A stretch of DNA of 64,000 nt from Candidatus Aenigmatarchaeota archaeon (GTDB lineage Archaea > Aenigmatarchaeota > Aenigmatarchaeia > PWEA01). The notes beneath the pieces are model-generated. The model was not told the DNA's origin. It worked only from the letters and a program-made list of their open reading frames with translations, and did no database searches. A program made the position numbers and the translations under genes. Where the stretch lies: positions 7,915 through 71,914 of the forward strand of contig PWEA01000005.1 of assembly GCA_003553905.1 (NCBI GenBank), in the 5' to 3' direction. Of the stretch, positions 1-10,059 are shown piece after piece (within the stretch, counting starts at the first letter, position 1; every line of letters begins with the position of its first letter).

Positions 1-287
1 CTATGTAGTTTCTCTATATCAACAGTATTAAAACCAGCAAATGTTATTCCATCAAGCATTATGATACGGAGTTGGTCTCTGTGCTTAGTATTCTTCGAAG
101 CCTTGGCAATTTTTTGGGTTGCATCAAAGCCATCGACGGCTATATCTTCAACAAGAACACCATCAAGATAGGGTTTACCACCACGGACTACACTCCCTAC
201 AATAGGTACTCTTTCATCCTCTTCGCTGAAAGGAGAATCGTCCCAGCCCAGGATTCGTATTTCCTCCTTGATTTTCCTTATAGACAT
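1..287 (-). CDS. DUF99/UPF0215 (endonuclease dU-like) family protein, truncated by window edge
   Basis: Read manually on the minus strand (not in ORF track): MSIRKIKEEIRILGWDDSPF...VVRGG..LDG...VDGFDAT...QLRIIMLDGITFAGFNTVD, the typical DUF99 motifs. Confidence 0.85.
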   Translation of the reverse strand, partial: MSIRKIKEEIRILGWDDSPFSEEDERVPIVGSVVRGGKPYLDGVLVEDIAVDGFDATQKIAKASKNTKHRDQLRIIMLDGITFAGFNTVDIEKLH

Positions 288-317
288 CAAAAATCGAACC
301 AGCAGAATAAAAAGAAG

Positions 318-590
318 TCACAGATTCTCTGTCTGTTTTTTGAACTCTCCTGCATCGGACTTTATCTCTTCTGAAGCGTTTATGACTTCTTCGACAGGAT
401 CTCCTTCGGTTGTTTCAACTAGTAACTTTATGTTATCTAAGTAGGTGTGACCTTTCCTGAACTCCGCTTTTTTTATCTCAGTGCCGGATTCCCAAAGGTT
501 TTGTCTAAGAAGGTTCACAAGAGAAAAACCTTCGTCTTCAAACTCAAGCTTGAGTTTATTCTTTCCCTTTCCTCTAATCTTTATGCTCAT
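318..590 (-). CDS. rpoL: DNA-directed RNA polymerase subunit L (Rpo11)
   Basis: 90 aa; EGFSLVNLLR...GH..L...L.VET..GDP pattern of RpoL. Confidence 0.85.
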   Translation of the reverse strand: MSIKIRGKGKNKLKLEFEDEGFSLVNLLRQNLWESGTEIKKAEFRKGHTYLDNIKLLVETTEGDPVEEVINASEEIKSDAGEFKKQTENL

Positions 591-632
591 ATTACCACAG
601 GTTTATTTTAAGAACAATACTTTTAAAGTTTA

Positions 633-1577
633 TTACATCTTTAGGTTCTTAAAAACATTTTTCAGCTCACGGGGGTTGAGTATCGGACATCTGAAAGCTG
701 TTCTGTGCTCAACTGCAATACGGGGACATGCTGTATTGACAAAACAGTCAACGTCTATACCTTCGAGTTTCTCCGGGGTTATTTCATCCATAACAAACAC
801 AGAAACATTCCTACCGGCCTCCTTAAGCATATCCTTAAGTTCAAAGGCTAAATCAGGCCTTGACTGTCCTTTTTTTGTGGTCACAAGAATACCAAAATCT
901 TCTGCTTCCTTAGCCTGTTCTTGGGCAACTATACACTGTCTCTGGAATCTATCAAAGTCTACCATCTTCAACGACCCTTCTTCGAAATCCAGTCTAAATA
1001 TAGGCTTATCCGTCTCTAAAGCAAGACCGAGAGGATGAAACATACCGGAACCAATGTATATGAAACAGTCGACGTCTTCTTCAACCGCCATGGCAGAAGA
1101 AACATCGCAACCAAGGATCTGACCCTCCTCGACCCTTTCCCCAGCATCGCTAAGGACAGTAAATCCATTAGACTCAAAAAATTCCTTTGCCTTTTCAAAA
1201 GAAGGTCGGAAATTTGCAGCGGCAAGTAGGCCTATGTTTTCAAAGTCCTGAACAGTTTCGATGGAAGACTCTAATATCGGAACAGGATCTTTTTGATAAT
1301 ACCAGGGAAAGTATATGGTCCTTATCTTCTCGTCCTTGCAAAATCGTGTGTGACCTATATGAACAAGAATATCGCAGCCGAGGTCCATGGCTTCTGTGTC
1401 CTTTATATCACATGCTCCATAACACGGTTCCAGAGACACAATAGAATCTGTATCTTTCTTATCAAGTTCGTCCTGTAATACCTTTACCTTTTTCTTGAGG
1501 CCTTCCGGAACCTGGATAAATACTCTCTCGGGGTTATCTTCCAAAATCACAGAAACCAGTTCTCTTATCCGTTTCAT
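633..1577 (-). CDS. dph2: Diphthamide biosynthesis enzyme Dph2
   Basis: Q.PEG, PCYGACD, GQILGC and TACPR (three Fe-S Cys). Confidence 0.95.
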   Translation of the reverse strand: MKRIRELVSVILEDNPERVFIQVPEGLKKKVKVLQDELDKKDTDSIVSLEPCYGACDIKDTEAMDLGCDILVHIGHTRFCKDEKIRTIYFPWYYQKDPVPILESSIETVQDFENIGLLAAANFRPSFEKAKEFFESNGFTVLSDAGERVEEGQILGCDVSSAMAVEEDVDCFIYIGSGMFHPLGLALETDKPIFRLDFEEGSLKMVDFDRFQRQCIVAQEQAKEAEDFGILVTTKKGQSRPDLAFELKDMLKEAGRNVSVFVMDEITPEKLEGIDVDCFVNTACPRIAVEHRTAFRCPILNPRELKNVFKNLKM

Positions 1578-1578
1578 A

Positions 1579-2256
1579 TTATCTCAAAAGGTTTGATATT
1601 ATCGGCAGATACGATATCTCTCCAAATATGGACCACATGTAGGGCATTACAAGAAGTACAGCAAGTAGGACTGCAACAACGATTAACCCCTGCTTACTAC
1701 CCCCTTCTCTGAAACCAAAGGCTATGCCGGATACCATACCACCTATATGTGCTATATGCGCAACGTTTCCGTGTCCTCCTGTCATAAAGCTAACAACTTC
1801 CGTAATGGCCATAAATATACCTATAAGGGCTAGAGGAAGGGGGAGAGGTATAGGATACGGTATAAAATCAAAGGGTGTGAGAACTATGGCAGTTCCCATT
1901 ATAGCAAAGACGGCACCGGAAGCACCTATAACTATCTGATCCATTGGGTATGTAAAGAGGACAAAAAGGTTACCGACTATACCTCCTATAAAGAATATTA
2001 TTAGGAATGTTTTTACAGATAACTCCTCCTCGAGCGCACGACCGAAGAAAAAAAGAGCTATAGAGTTAAGGGCAAGATGAGCAGGGTTTCCATGGAGAAA
2101 TATCGAAGTTATAAGGGTCCACACTTCACCACCCATAAGATTCTCACCAGAAAATCCAAGGTTTTGGGTAATAATATCGGTCTGTGGGAAAAGCCAAATA
2201 ATAGTAGATATAGCTATAATGATTAAAATCATAAGGTAGGTAATTCTTAGTTTCAT
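1579..2256 (-). CDS. Rhomboid family intramembrane serine protease
   Basis: Multi-TM; W.L.TS.FLH...HL..N, GASG catalytic Ser, H.AH.GG catalytic His. Confidence 0.95.
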   Translation of the reverse strand: MKLRITYLMILIIIAISTIIWLFPQTDIITQNLGFSGENLMGGEVWTLITSIFLHGNPAHLALNSIALFFFGRALEEELSVKTFLIIFFIGGIVGNLFVLFTYPMDQIVIGASGAVFAIMGTAIVLTPFDFIPYPIPLPLPLALIGIFMAITEVVSFMTGGHGNVAHIAHIGGMVSGIAFGFREGGSKQGLIVVAVLLAVLLVMPYMWSIFGEISYLPIISNLLR

Positions 2257-2260
2257 GGGG

Positions 2261-4354
2261 CTACCTCATACGTTCCAATAGAAGTTTTTTCTCGATCCTT
2301 GCGACAGTGTTCTTTACATGGGCTACTTTGTTAGGTCTAACTAGGATAGTATCGACGCCGTTCTCTATAAGCTTCATGAGAAAGCCTTTGTCTGCCACAT
2401 CGGAAACCGCTACCTTTGAACCTTCCTCTCTACAGGTATCACAAAAGTCCTCAATAGAACTCCAGAAGGGCTTAGACGAGAACACATTTCTTCCCTTGGT
2501 GTGTCCAAAGAAAAGGTCCACTAAACTCTCGAAATCAAGCAGGTAAAGATCAGCCCCTGTGTCCCCCAAACTGCCCAACGAAAGAAGCATCTCTGGGGTA
2601 TCAACAACCAGACCTACCTCTGTCTCATCAGGAATCCCAAGCGAGTTTATTTTTTTATCAAGATCTTTAAAGCTATTTACAGACAGCAGAACATTCGTAT
2701 TTTCGGGACTTCTGTCTATGGTCCCAAGAAGCTCAGAGACCCTACTCATACCACCATCACTATCTTCAGGCTTTAACCAAAGCTCCTTTTCCTTCGGCCA
2801 TCTTGAAAGCTTGTCCGAAAGTCCCCTTTCCCTTGAAATCCCAAAATTCATAGACGATACATTAGAACCATCAACCAGTACAACACACCCTTCTACGTCG
2901 TCGAATCTCTCGGGATCAAAGTTTTCTGAGTTTGTCAAAACAATCAGTTCGGTTGCAGTTATAGAATCTATATTGTGAGCCATCAGACTCCCACCACTGG
3001 AAGTTTCAGAATCCCACTGCATTCCATCGGCCTCATGTTTAGTTCTGTTGTGAGAAAAAACAACTCCCTCAACAGTATCCACTACCACTTCCTTACCTTC
3101 GGACAATGAAGAATAATCGGGATCTTCAATTATCATGGAAGGTATTTCCAACTCTCTTGTGATCTTAGCCTGCCTTGATGAAAATCCCCCCGATGTCGTC
3201 AGGAGTGCACTAGGTCTTTTTGTTAAAATATCAAACACTGAAGTCAGGTTTTTTACCAGTATCTTTTCTTCGGAATTCCTTTCTGATCTAGTAACCTCAC
3301 CGGAAACCTTTCCTGGGCTTACACCAAATCCTTTAGAAAGTACATCACTATTCTGTCCTTCTCTTTCCATTGTATTGGTATTTTTCAATGTCATCACATC
3401 AAGTACAAAAAAATCACCGTTGCGCGTGCAGAACTCCACAGCTACCGACGAACCAAATCTTGAAGTTACCTTTCTTAAACTTGACGCAAGTTCACTTGCT
3501 TCTCTATCCTTTAAAACAGGCCTATCTTTCTTACTGGAAGAAGATGGTTGTTTCTCAATGTCACCAGTCGATGGGTTTTTCTCCTGTACCCACTCCCTCC
3601 TATTCGTTTTCTTATCTACCAGGGATCCGTTTTGGTCAAAAAAGTAAATATCAGGAACAACCTCACCCCTGAACATCAGCTCACCGAAACCGTATATACC
3701 CTCCAAAACCGAACGTTCTGGATTACAAGGATCTCTTTCGAGGTATGCAAAGGTTTTATCTGGAACTATCATCTTTTGGACAAGGACCCCAAAGGAAAGA
3801 TCATGTGGATATCCCCTCTTTTCTCTATAGTATATGGCCCCAGGACTAAAGAAGCTCTTCCACGACTCCTTGATTTCTTTTATTAGATTATCATTTCCCT
3901 TTACATTCATACTGCTTCTGTAGATAGACGGTGAAAGATTACCATCCCTTTTTGGAGAAGATCTAACCACAACAGGCGGATTGTCTCTACCGGCCTTAAT
4001 TAGTTCCATGGCCTTACGACCAGCCTTTTTGGCCTCGGAAGATATGACGAAGTTTTTATATGCTTCCTCTATCTCATTTTTTAGCTCATGTGATATATGA
4101 AAGTTCTCGAAAAGATTAAATATCTCTCTGCTGGCATCTTTTAGTTCTCTCCTATCATCAATTTTTGTTCTTGAAAGAATAGAAAGTATCTTATCACTTA
4201 TCCCATTTCTTTCGAGAAAGTCTTTCATGGCTTGGTCTGTTACTACAAAACCCTGAGGTACCTTGGAAGTCTCGGAAACCGCAGCCAATGAAGCTGCCTT
4301 GCTTCCTACATCATCCTCTTCGTACGCATCTTCAAGAGAAAGTATTTTCTTCAT
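2261..4354 (-). CDS. PEP synthase / pyruvate,water dikinase-like protein, catalytic residues degenerate
   Basis: N-terminal PPDK_N-like domain (VGSKAASL, VP.GFVVT, VRSS, VLVQKM), swivel domain (G.GVSPG.VSG), degenerate C-terminal barrel; the phospho-His motif GGxTSH reads GGFSSR. Confidence 0.8.
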   Translation of the reverse strand: MKKILSLEDAYEEDDVGSKAASLAAVSETSKVPQGFVVTDQAMKDFLERNGISDKILSILSRTKIDDRRELKDASREIFNLFENFHISHELKNEIEEAYKNFVISSEAKKAGRKAMELIKAGRDNPPVVVRSSPKRDGNLSPSIYRSSMNVKGNDNLIKEIKESWKSFFSPGAIYYREKRGYPHDLSFGVLVQKMIVPDKTFAYLERDPCNPERSVLEGIYGFGELMFRGEVVPDIYFFDQNGSLVDKKTNRREWVQEKNPSTGDIEKQPSSSSKKDRPVLKDREASELASSLRKVTSRFGSSVAVEFCTRNGDFFVLDVMTLKNTNTMEREGQNSDVLSKGFGVSPGKVSGEVTRSERNSEEKILVKNLTSVFDILTKRPSALLTTSGGFSSRQAKITRELEIPSMIIEDPDYSSLSEGKEVVVDTVEGVVFSHNRTKHEADGMQWDSETSSGGSLMAHNIDSITATELIVLTNSENFDPERFDDVEGCVVLVDGSNVSSMNFGISRERGLSDKLSRWPKEKELWLKPEDSDGGMSRVSELLGTIDRSPENTNVLLSVNSFKDLDKKINSLGIPDETEVGLVVDTPEMLLSLGSLGDTGADLYLLDFESLVDLFFGHTKGRNVFSSKPFWSSIEDFCDTCREEGSKVAVSDVADKGFLMKLIENGVDTILVRPNKVAHVKNTVARIEKKLLLERMR

Positions 4355-4408
4355 ACTATCAATACTTTGGATTGTTAATTAAATAACTTAGGAGACCCGA
4401 GGCGAAAA

Positions 4409-4945
4409 TCACGAATACTTTTCGAGACCCTTGATAGTACAAGGACATGGAAGTTTATGTTTTGCCCTTCTGAGTGTTTCCTTTGCGATATCCAATTTGT
4501 TCTCTGGTACTCTGATAAGCATAAAATTCTGTCCTTTATCCATCCTTGCGGCTCTTCCTATAGGATTACCAAATGCCTTCGTCATTCCTTCCTGAAATCT
4601 ATCGGCTCCTGCTCCCGTCGCAAGGGGATTTTCACGAAGTACGTGGTGAGGATAAACAAGAAGCTTAAGGAAATAATTTTTCTCACCGAGTTTGTCCTTC
4701 AGATATTTGTTAGCATTCATTCTAGCAGCTTCTATGGCGTTATGCCTTATCTGGACATCCTTATCAACGGAAAGTTTAAGCTCGATCTTATAGTCATCCT
4801 TGTTCTTTAGATCGCCGTTTTCAAAGTCCCTTGTCTTTATAGCTGGAACTCCTTTGATGTAGCTCTTCCTGGGGTTTCTTTCACTTACCCTTGTATAAGG
4901 CTTCCCGTCCTTGTCACGGTAACACCTTCCTGGTCTGAGTCCCAT
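4409..4945 (-). CDS. rpl10e: 50S ribosomal protein uL16 (L10e)
   Basis: MGLRPGRCYR, QIRHNAIEAAR, YPHHVLREN, GAGADR..GM..AFG.P.G. Confidence 0.97.
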   Translation of the reverse strand: MGLRPGRCYRDKDGKPYTRVSERNPRKSYIKGVPAIKTRDFENGDLKNKDDYKIELKLSVDKDVQIRHNAIEAARMNANKYLKDKLGEKNYFLKLLVYPHHVLRENPLATGAGADRFQEGMTKAFGNPIGRAARMDKGQNFMLIRVPENKLDIAKETLRRAKHKLPCPCTIKGLEKYS

Positions 4946-5047
4946 AATTTCACCTTTTGCCTTGAGAATTTTACTGAGTACATTTAAATATTTTTGCCTC
5001 TAAAACAAAGAAAAATAAAAATGGGGGTTCGACCACAAAGATATGGG

Positions 5048-5290
5048 TCATTCCTTTTCTTTCCAATCGCCTGTTTTCTTAAGGTATTCTACTTCGCCCG
5101 AGTTCTTGGCATCGTAGGTTACGCCGGTTTCGTGAACCATCTTTTTAACTACCTGATTAGTCACTTTATCCTTTGCGTACTCAGATGCCTCTTCGATGTC
5201 CTTGCCAATTTCTTCAATGTCTATTGTTGTCGGTTTTAGAATATCTGGCTTATCCTCGGACTTGTCATACCCCGATTCTTCATCAGCCAT
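5048..5290 (-). CDS. Hypothetical protein
   Basis: 80 aa charged ORF with GGTGA RBS and an upstream TTTAAA box. Confidence 0.65.
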   Translation of the reverse strand: MADEESGYDKSEDKPDILKPTTIDIEEIGKDIEEASEYAKDKVTNQVVKKMVHETGVTYDAKNSGEVEYLKKTGDWKEKE

Positions 5291-5348
5291 AGAATCACCA
5301 ATAATACTTAGTTACCTGAACTTTAAAAGCATTATATATCGCAGAAGG

Positions 5349-5831
5349 TTACTGTTTGTCGTATTTCTGTATTTCGTCATTCATTATCTCAAGTGCCACA
5401 CCTGCTTTCTGGAATATACTCTTCGTATCCTCGGAAGCATGATAGTCTCTTTCACAAACCACCCTTTCTATCCCAGCGTTGATTATCATCTTCGCACATG
5501 TATAACAAGGAGTCATCCTACAGTATAGGGTCGCACCCTCTATGGATACACCGAGTTTAGCTGCCTGTACAATTGCATTTTCTTCTGCGTGGCTTGTTCT
5601 TACACAGTGTTGGCTTGAAGAACCATCCTCATGAGTAACTTCCTTGAACTTATGACCTACCTCATCACAGTGCGGCATTCCAGAAGGAGCACCTACGTAT
5701 CCTGTGGTGAGTATCCTTTTGTTCCTTGCTATAACACAACCACTCCTACCACGGTCACATGTCGCCCTATCGGCAACCACATCGGCTACCTTCAAAAAGT
5801 ATTCATCCCAACTTGGTCTTTTATCGGTCAT
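5349..5831 (-). CDS. dCMP deaminase (ComEB/tadA-like family)
   Basis: RPSWDEYF, HAEENAI and PCYTC zinc motifs. Confidence 0.93.
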   Translation of the reverse strand: MTDKRPSWDEYFLKVADVVADRATCDRGRSGCVIARNKRILTTGYVGAPSGMPHCDEVGHKFKEVTHEDGSSSQHCVRTSHAEENAIVQAAKLGVSIEGATLYCRMTPCYTCAKMIINAGIERVVCERDYHASEDTKSIFQKAGVALEIMNDEIQKYDKQ

Positions 5832-5835
5832 AGTA

Positions 5836-7080
5836 TCAAAAGGGAGTCAGCCAGTCAGAAATTTTATCTCCAAGGCTTTTGCTTTCTTTTTCCTCCTTTT
5901 CTTTCCTTTCCATCTCCTTTATATTTTTCTTTATAACCTTCTCCGCTTTCTTCGCCGCTTCACTGTCGTTTCCGACACCTACCGATATACCAACTCCAAC
6001 TACGATTATATCGCTTCCTTCGGGTGATCTCATAATAGATTTTTCAACTAGCTTCTCAACTTCAGGAACTGCTTTGTATATCTCCTCCTTCATTGGTCTT
6101 ACTACATCCTCCATTGGATCCTGATTGATTCCAATTGACTCTATGGCTATGTCTTCTTCTACAGCTATATCTTCTATCCAATGTCTTTCAGCATTTCCCC
6201 TTGGCCCCATGGCAAATCCTACACCTTCAACTACACTACCTCTCTTCTCTCCCTTCAACATTCCTTTGGCATCTATCGGTATTATTTTATCCACATCATT
6301 TTCCTCGGTGATTTTTTCGACCGCTTCGTGAACCTCACCGAGAACTGCAGCAGGACCGTTCGGTTTTATTATAAACACGTTCCTTCCCTCAATCTCCCTT
6401 TCCGCACAGACCTGATCCTCGGCTATTTCCTCTACATCAGCATCGCCTATCAAAGATGCAGCACAAAGAGGTCCTATAGAATCACCTACAGGCTCTTGGT
6501 TTGCAAGACAAAGAACACTTTCTTTTAGCATCTTTATCTGTTTCTCTATAAACGGTATCTGCATCTTAAGAAGCATCCCTATCTGTAGGTTCTTGGTTTC
6601 TTTAACCAATTCGAGCATATGCCTAACAATCTTAGAAATCTGCTGAACCGCAGTAGCATGAACAGTTGCCGCAGCAAAGCTCTTTTGTTCTCCTGCCTCG
6701 AGATCGGAAACATCGCCTATAAACTGCCTGTATCTTTCATCATGTATATCATACATCTGTTTTATCTTCTTCATAACACCAGAAGGATCCGTCTGCTCAG
6801 GAGGAACAGTAAACAGGTCCACAATCCTATCAAAGTTTTCTCTTAGTTCGCTACTGGATAGTTCGCTCCTTTTTTCAAGTAACTCTACTAGCTCGTCTCT
6901 CGCCTCTTCAGACATCTCTTCGAACTCTTTAACCTTCTCCTGTAGCTTCTGAACCAATTGGTATATCATTAGCTTGGGGTAGAACATGAAAAAGGATATG
7001 ATTAATGCAAACCAAAGAATTCTAGTCCACCAATCACCGTTACCAAAAAACTGTGCAAGAATCTCCAACATAAAACCCAC
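5836..7080 (-). CDS. DUF1512 family membrane-anchored protein
   Basis: N-terminal TM; P...DP.G, PVGDSIGP, GP, IDA..LKGE..G.V.EG.G.AMG and VGVG...GVG motifs. Confidence 0.8.
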   Translation of the reverse strand: MGFMLEILAQFFGNGDWWTRILWFALIISFFMFYPKLMIYQLVQKLQEKVKEFEEMSEEARDELVELLEKRSELSSSELRENFDRIVDLFTVPPEQTDPSGVMKKIKQMYDIHDERYRQFIGDVSDLEAGEQKSFAAATVHATAVQQISKIVRHMLELVKETKNLQIGMLLKMQIPFIEKQIKMLKESVLCLANQEPVGDSIGPLCAASLIGDADVEEIAEDQVCAEREIEGRNVFIIKPNGPAAVLGEVHEAVEKITEENDVDKIIPIDAKGMLKGEKRGSVVEGVGFAMGPRGNAERHWIEDIAVEEDIAIESIGINQDPMEDVVRPMKEEIYKAVPEVEKLVEKSIMRSPEGSDIIVVGVGISVGVGNDSEAAKKAEKVIKKNIKEMERKEKEEKESKSLGDKISDWLTPF

Positions 7081-7169
7081 GAACTTATTTTTATCTTTGG
7101 TCCTTTTAAATGTTCACAGCAGAATCTAAGGAAGCATTTGACCATGGACCTTAATTACTACATGGTCGA

Positions 7170-7436
7170 TTATTCAGCCAACTTGTCAAGCTCTTTCTTG
7201 ACATCTTCAGGTAGAATATCCTTCCCAAACTTGTAGAGTGGTTCCGAACCTTCCTCACGTTCCGGATCCCTTAGATTGTAGCTATCGTCTGTTTTCTCTA
7301 CCTTTTTGAAGGAAAACTCCTTTGTAGAACCATCCCACATCTCTTTGTAGAGTCTTGGATCTCCCTTTTCATCGTACCCGAAGTTAATGTCAATTTTTCC
7401 ATTCTCTTTGTTGTCGTCGTTTTCCATACCTAACAC
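7170..7436 (-). CDS. Hypothetical protein
   Basis: 88 aa charged ORF filling the intergenic space; ATG alternative at 7427. Confidence 0.55.
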   Translation of the reverse strand: MLGMENDDNKENGKIDINFGYDEKGDPRLYKEMWDGSTKEFSFKKVEKTDDSYNLRDPEREEGSEPLYKFGKDILPEDVKKELDKLAE

Positions 7437-7479
7437 CTTTACTATGTAACCTGAATTATATTTATTTTTGAGCTTAAAA

Positions 7480-8169
7480 TTACTTTATCTTCTCCTTGAC
7501 TTTTCTAAAGAATCCTATAAGTACACTTGCTTCCTTTCTCGATATCATCGATCTGCCTAATATGTTTTTGAATGAAAACTTCAATGATTCATATCTGTAA
7601 TCCTCAACGTCGACGGAATCAACGATATCCTTCAGTTGGTCCATTAGAACCTCTCTCTCCTTATGACTAGCAAGTTCATAAGAACCGTCCCCCTCTGCCT
7701 TACTTAACTCATATAGTATTATTGCAGTGGCATGTGAAAGATTGAATACTGGATACTCGCTGTTAGCCGGTATATGGCAAAGCAAATCCGTTTTTTTGAC
7801 CTCGTCGTTATTTAGTCCCTTTGATTCGGGGCCGAAGACCAAAGCTATGCTTCCTTTGACATCGGAGATCTTCTCCTTGATATCACAGGGCCCAAGTGCA
7901 TTTCTGAGTATATTGTACCTTCCACCTGTCTCTGAGGAAGTCGAAATGACTATATCGAAGCCCTCCCAATCCATACTTTCCTCGATGACCGCATCGTCGA
8001 GGATGTCTCTGGCATGCTTGGCTCTGTTTCTTGCCTCGGTTCCAATATCACAAGGATCCACGAGCAAAAGTTTTTCGAAGCCGAAGTTTTTCATGGCTCT
8101 GGCAACGGCGCCTATGTTCCCCTCTGTTTCGGGTCTCATCAAAACGACAGTTATATTTTCATTCTTCAT
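7480..8169 (-). CDS. trmJ: tRNA (cytidine/uridine-2'-O)-methyltransferase TrmJ (SPOUT)
   Basis: GNIGAVARAMKNFG, LVFGPES.GL, YPVFNLSHA; start set at the ATG of MKNENIT. Confidence 0.9.
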   Translation of the reverse strand: MKNENITVVLMRPETEGNIGAVARAMKNFGFEKLLLVDPCDIGTEARNRAKHARDILDDAVIEESMDWEGFDIVISTSSETGGRYNILRNALGPCDIKEKISDVKGSIALVFGPESKGLNNDEVKKTDLLCHIPANSEYPVFNLSHATAIILYELSKAEGDGSYELASHKEREVLMDQLKDIVDSVDVEDYRYESLKFSFKNILGRSMISRKEASVLIGFFRKVKEKIK

Positions 8170-8296
8170 ACAATCACTCAACAGTATATCCAAACGTGGA
8201 AATCCCTTTGATCTTTAGACTTTTATTATTAAGAGTTGGATGTATAGAGTCGTTTTTAACAGAGTATTTAAATCTCCAGTTCTAAAAATTTAGACA

Positions 8297-8983
8297 ATGA
8301 AAAAAGGCATCAGCACTTCTGTACTTTTGGCAGTGATAGCTGCAACGCTGCTCTTAGCAGGAGGTTTAATAAGAGATGTTGGCGGTGAACTCCCAACTGA
8401 AGAAGGTGTAACAGTTCTGAGAAGGGTAATAAACTTTGTATCGGACTCCATATCAAAAGGTGTCACAGTCAGAAGAGATATAGACATAAATGGATCTCTG
8501 ACCCATAACGGAAGTTTTGAATTCGAGAACATAAATCCTGAAAAGATGTCTATAAGGTATCTACCCGCTGAAACCGACGTAGTATCAGATGACAAAAGTA
8601 TAGTTGTCGACGGCGATGTAGCAGATATGGAAGTCGTTGATTTCCGTGGTTCCGTCGAAATTGACCACGAAACTGTGATATTGGAAGGTGAAACAACCTC
8701 ACTCTCTTCAGGAGGCACGACCTTCGAAGGCGATTTTATAGACGTCACAATGAACGGTACTTTCAAAAGAGTGGAGATTGGAAAAGCAGAGATAAAGGAA
8801 ATAGGCTTCGGAGATCCCCATGGAATACTTGATGTAGGTAGATCTTTATCAGTGACCTTGGATGGGACCGAAACAACAGTACACGCATTCTCTGGGGATA
8901 TTCAGTTTGAACCTCAAAAAGTATTCATAACCGGAGAAACGAGCAAGATAACCTCAGGAAACAAAACCATAAGCGCAAACTAA
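8297..8983 (+). CDS. Secreted or membrane-anchored protein with class III-like signal peptide
   Basis: MKKG|ISTS followed by a hydrophobic helix and a beta-rich acidic body. Confidence 0.7.
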   Translation: MKKGISTSVLLAVIAATLLLAGGLIRDVGGELPTEEGVTVLRRVINFVSDSISKGVTVRRDIDINGSLTHNGSFEFENINPEKMSIRYLPAETDVVSDDKSIVVDGDVADMEVVDFRGSVEIDHETVILEGETTSLSSGGTTFEGDFIDVTMNGTFKRVEIGKAEIKEIGFGDPHGILDVGRSLSVTLDGTETTVHAFSGDIQFEPQKVFITGETSKITSGNKTISAN

Positions 8984-8988
8984 AACTT

Positions 8989-9417
8989 TCAGTCATCCTC
9001 GCGGTTCTCTCTTAATTTCTTATCGAGATCGTCCTTCGTGACAAAGTCTTTACTCTTCGAAAACAACTTCCTTGCAGGCCATGTAACTACCCTTAAAATC
9101 TTCTTGACTGTGCCTATGAAAACATATCCCAGATAAAGGATAAGTGCGAACAGGCCATAGGACAACATCGAATCAATCCCTATGGCTATGGCGGTACCGA
9201 AAAAATTGTTGGCAAAAAGAGGGAAAAGCGCCCCTGCAACAAAAACAAGCATCCCATGGAAGGCTATCTTTAATGACTTGTATATAAGATACACAAATAT
9301 AACAAATACTGCTACAGGAAGCAAACTATAGAGGTTGGACCCTATGCCTATGAACTGATCGGGGATAACGGACGATAGAAGCGAAACTATAATATCTACT
9401 AAACCAGATAGAGGCAT
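8989..9417 (-). CDS. Hypothetical membrane protein
   Basis: 3-4 hydrophobic segments, basic C-terminal tail. Confidence 0.7.
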   Translation of the reverse strand: MPLSGLVDIIVSLLSSVIPDQFIGIGSNLYSLLPVAVFVIFVYLIYKSLKIAFHGMLVFVAGALFPLFANNFFGTAIAIGIDSMLSYGLFALILYLGYVFIGTVKKILRVVTWPARKLFSKSKDFVTKDDLDKKLRENREDD

Positions 9418-9450
9418 ATAGAAAAATACTCCTTATTAAATAAAAATGTT

Positions 9451-10053
9451 TTAGTTTTTCTGTGTTTTTGGGGATATCTCAAGAACAAAGAGTGTTTCCC
9501 ATGGGATCTTTTTCTTTTTAACAACTTCGACCTCGAATCCACCATCGACAAACAAATCCTTTGTATCCCGAAGACCCGTAACCGATGAAATTAAAAGAAG
9601 TATAGTTCCACTTTCGGAGAGATGGTTTTCAACCTCTTTGGAAAAATCTCTAATCACAGATATACCGTCTTCGCCACCGAACCACTGTTCGCTTCCGGGT
9701 ATTTTTTCATCATAACCGTTCCCTGGTAGGTAAGGCGGGTTGAAAACCACAAGATCAAACCTTCCTTCAACTTCCTCGAAAAGATTACTTTGAATAAACC
9801 TGACGTTCTCTATTTTGTTTTTCGATGCATTGTGTTTAGCAAGATTTACCGCTTTATCGTTTATATCTACACCAACAACCTCTTGACACATCTCCGCCGC
9901 AAAAAGTGCAATCAGGCCCGTACCCGTCCCTATATCGAGTACCTTGTAATCATCCGAAATCTTATCCTCCAGAACATTCAGAAGAAGATATGTATCCTCC
10001 CTTGGAACATAGACATCGCTCAATAGATCGATATCAAGACCAAAAAAATCCAT
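9451..10053 (-). CDS. HemK2/PrmC-like N5-glutamine methyltransferase
   Basis: VYVPREDTYLL, LDIGTGTG, FNPPY. Confidence 0.92.
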   Translation of the reverse strand: MDFFGLDIDLLSDVYVPREDTYLLLNVLEDKISDDYKVLDIGTGTGLIALFAAEMCQEVVGVDINDKAVNLAKHNASKNKIENVRFIQSNLFEEVEGRFDLVVFNPPYLPGNGYDEKIPGSEQWFGGEDGISVIRDFSKEVENHLSESGTILLLISSVTGLRDTKDLFVDGGFEVEVVKKKKIPWETLFVLEISPKTQKN

Positions 10054-10059
10054 ATATAC

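Noticed and set aside
7140-7167. Short inverted repeat GACCATG...CATGGTC
   Set aside because: A 7-bp stem only; at most a terminator or operator and could be chance
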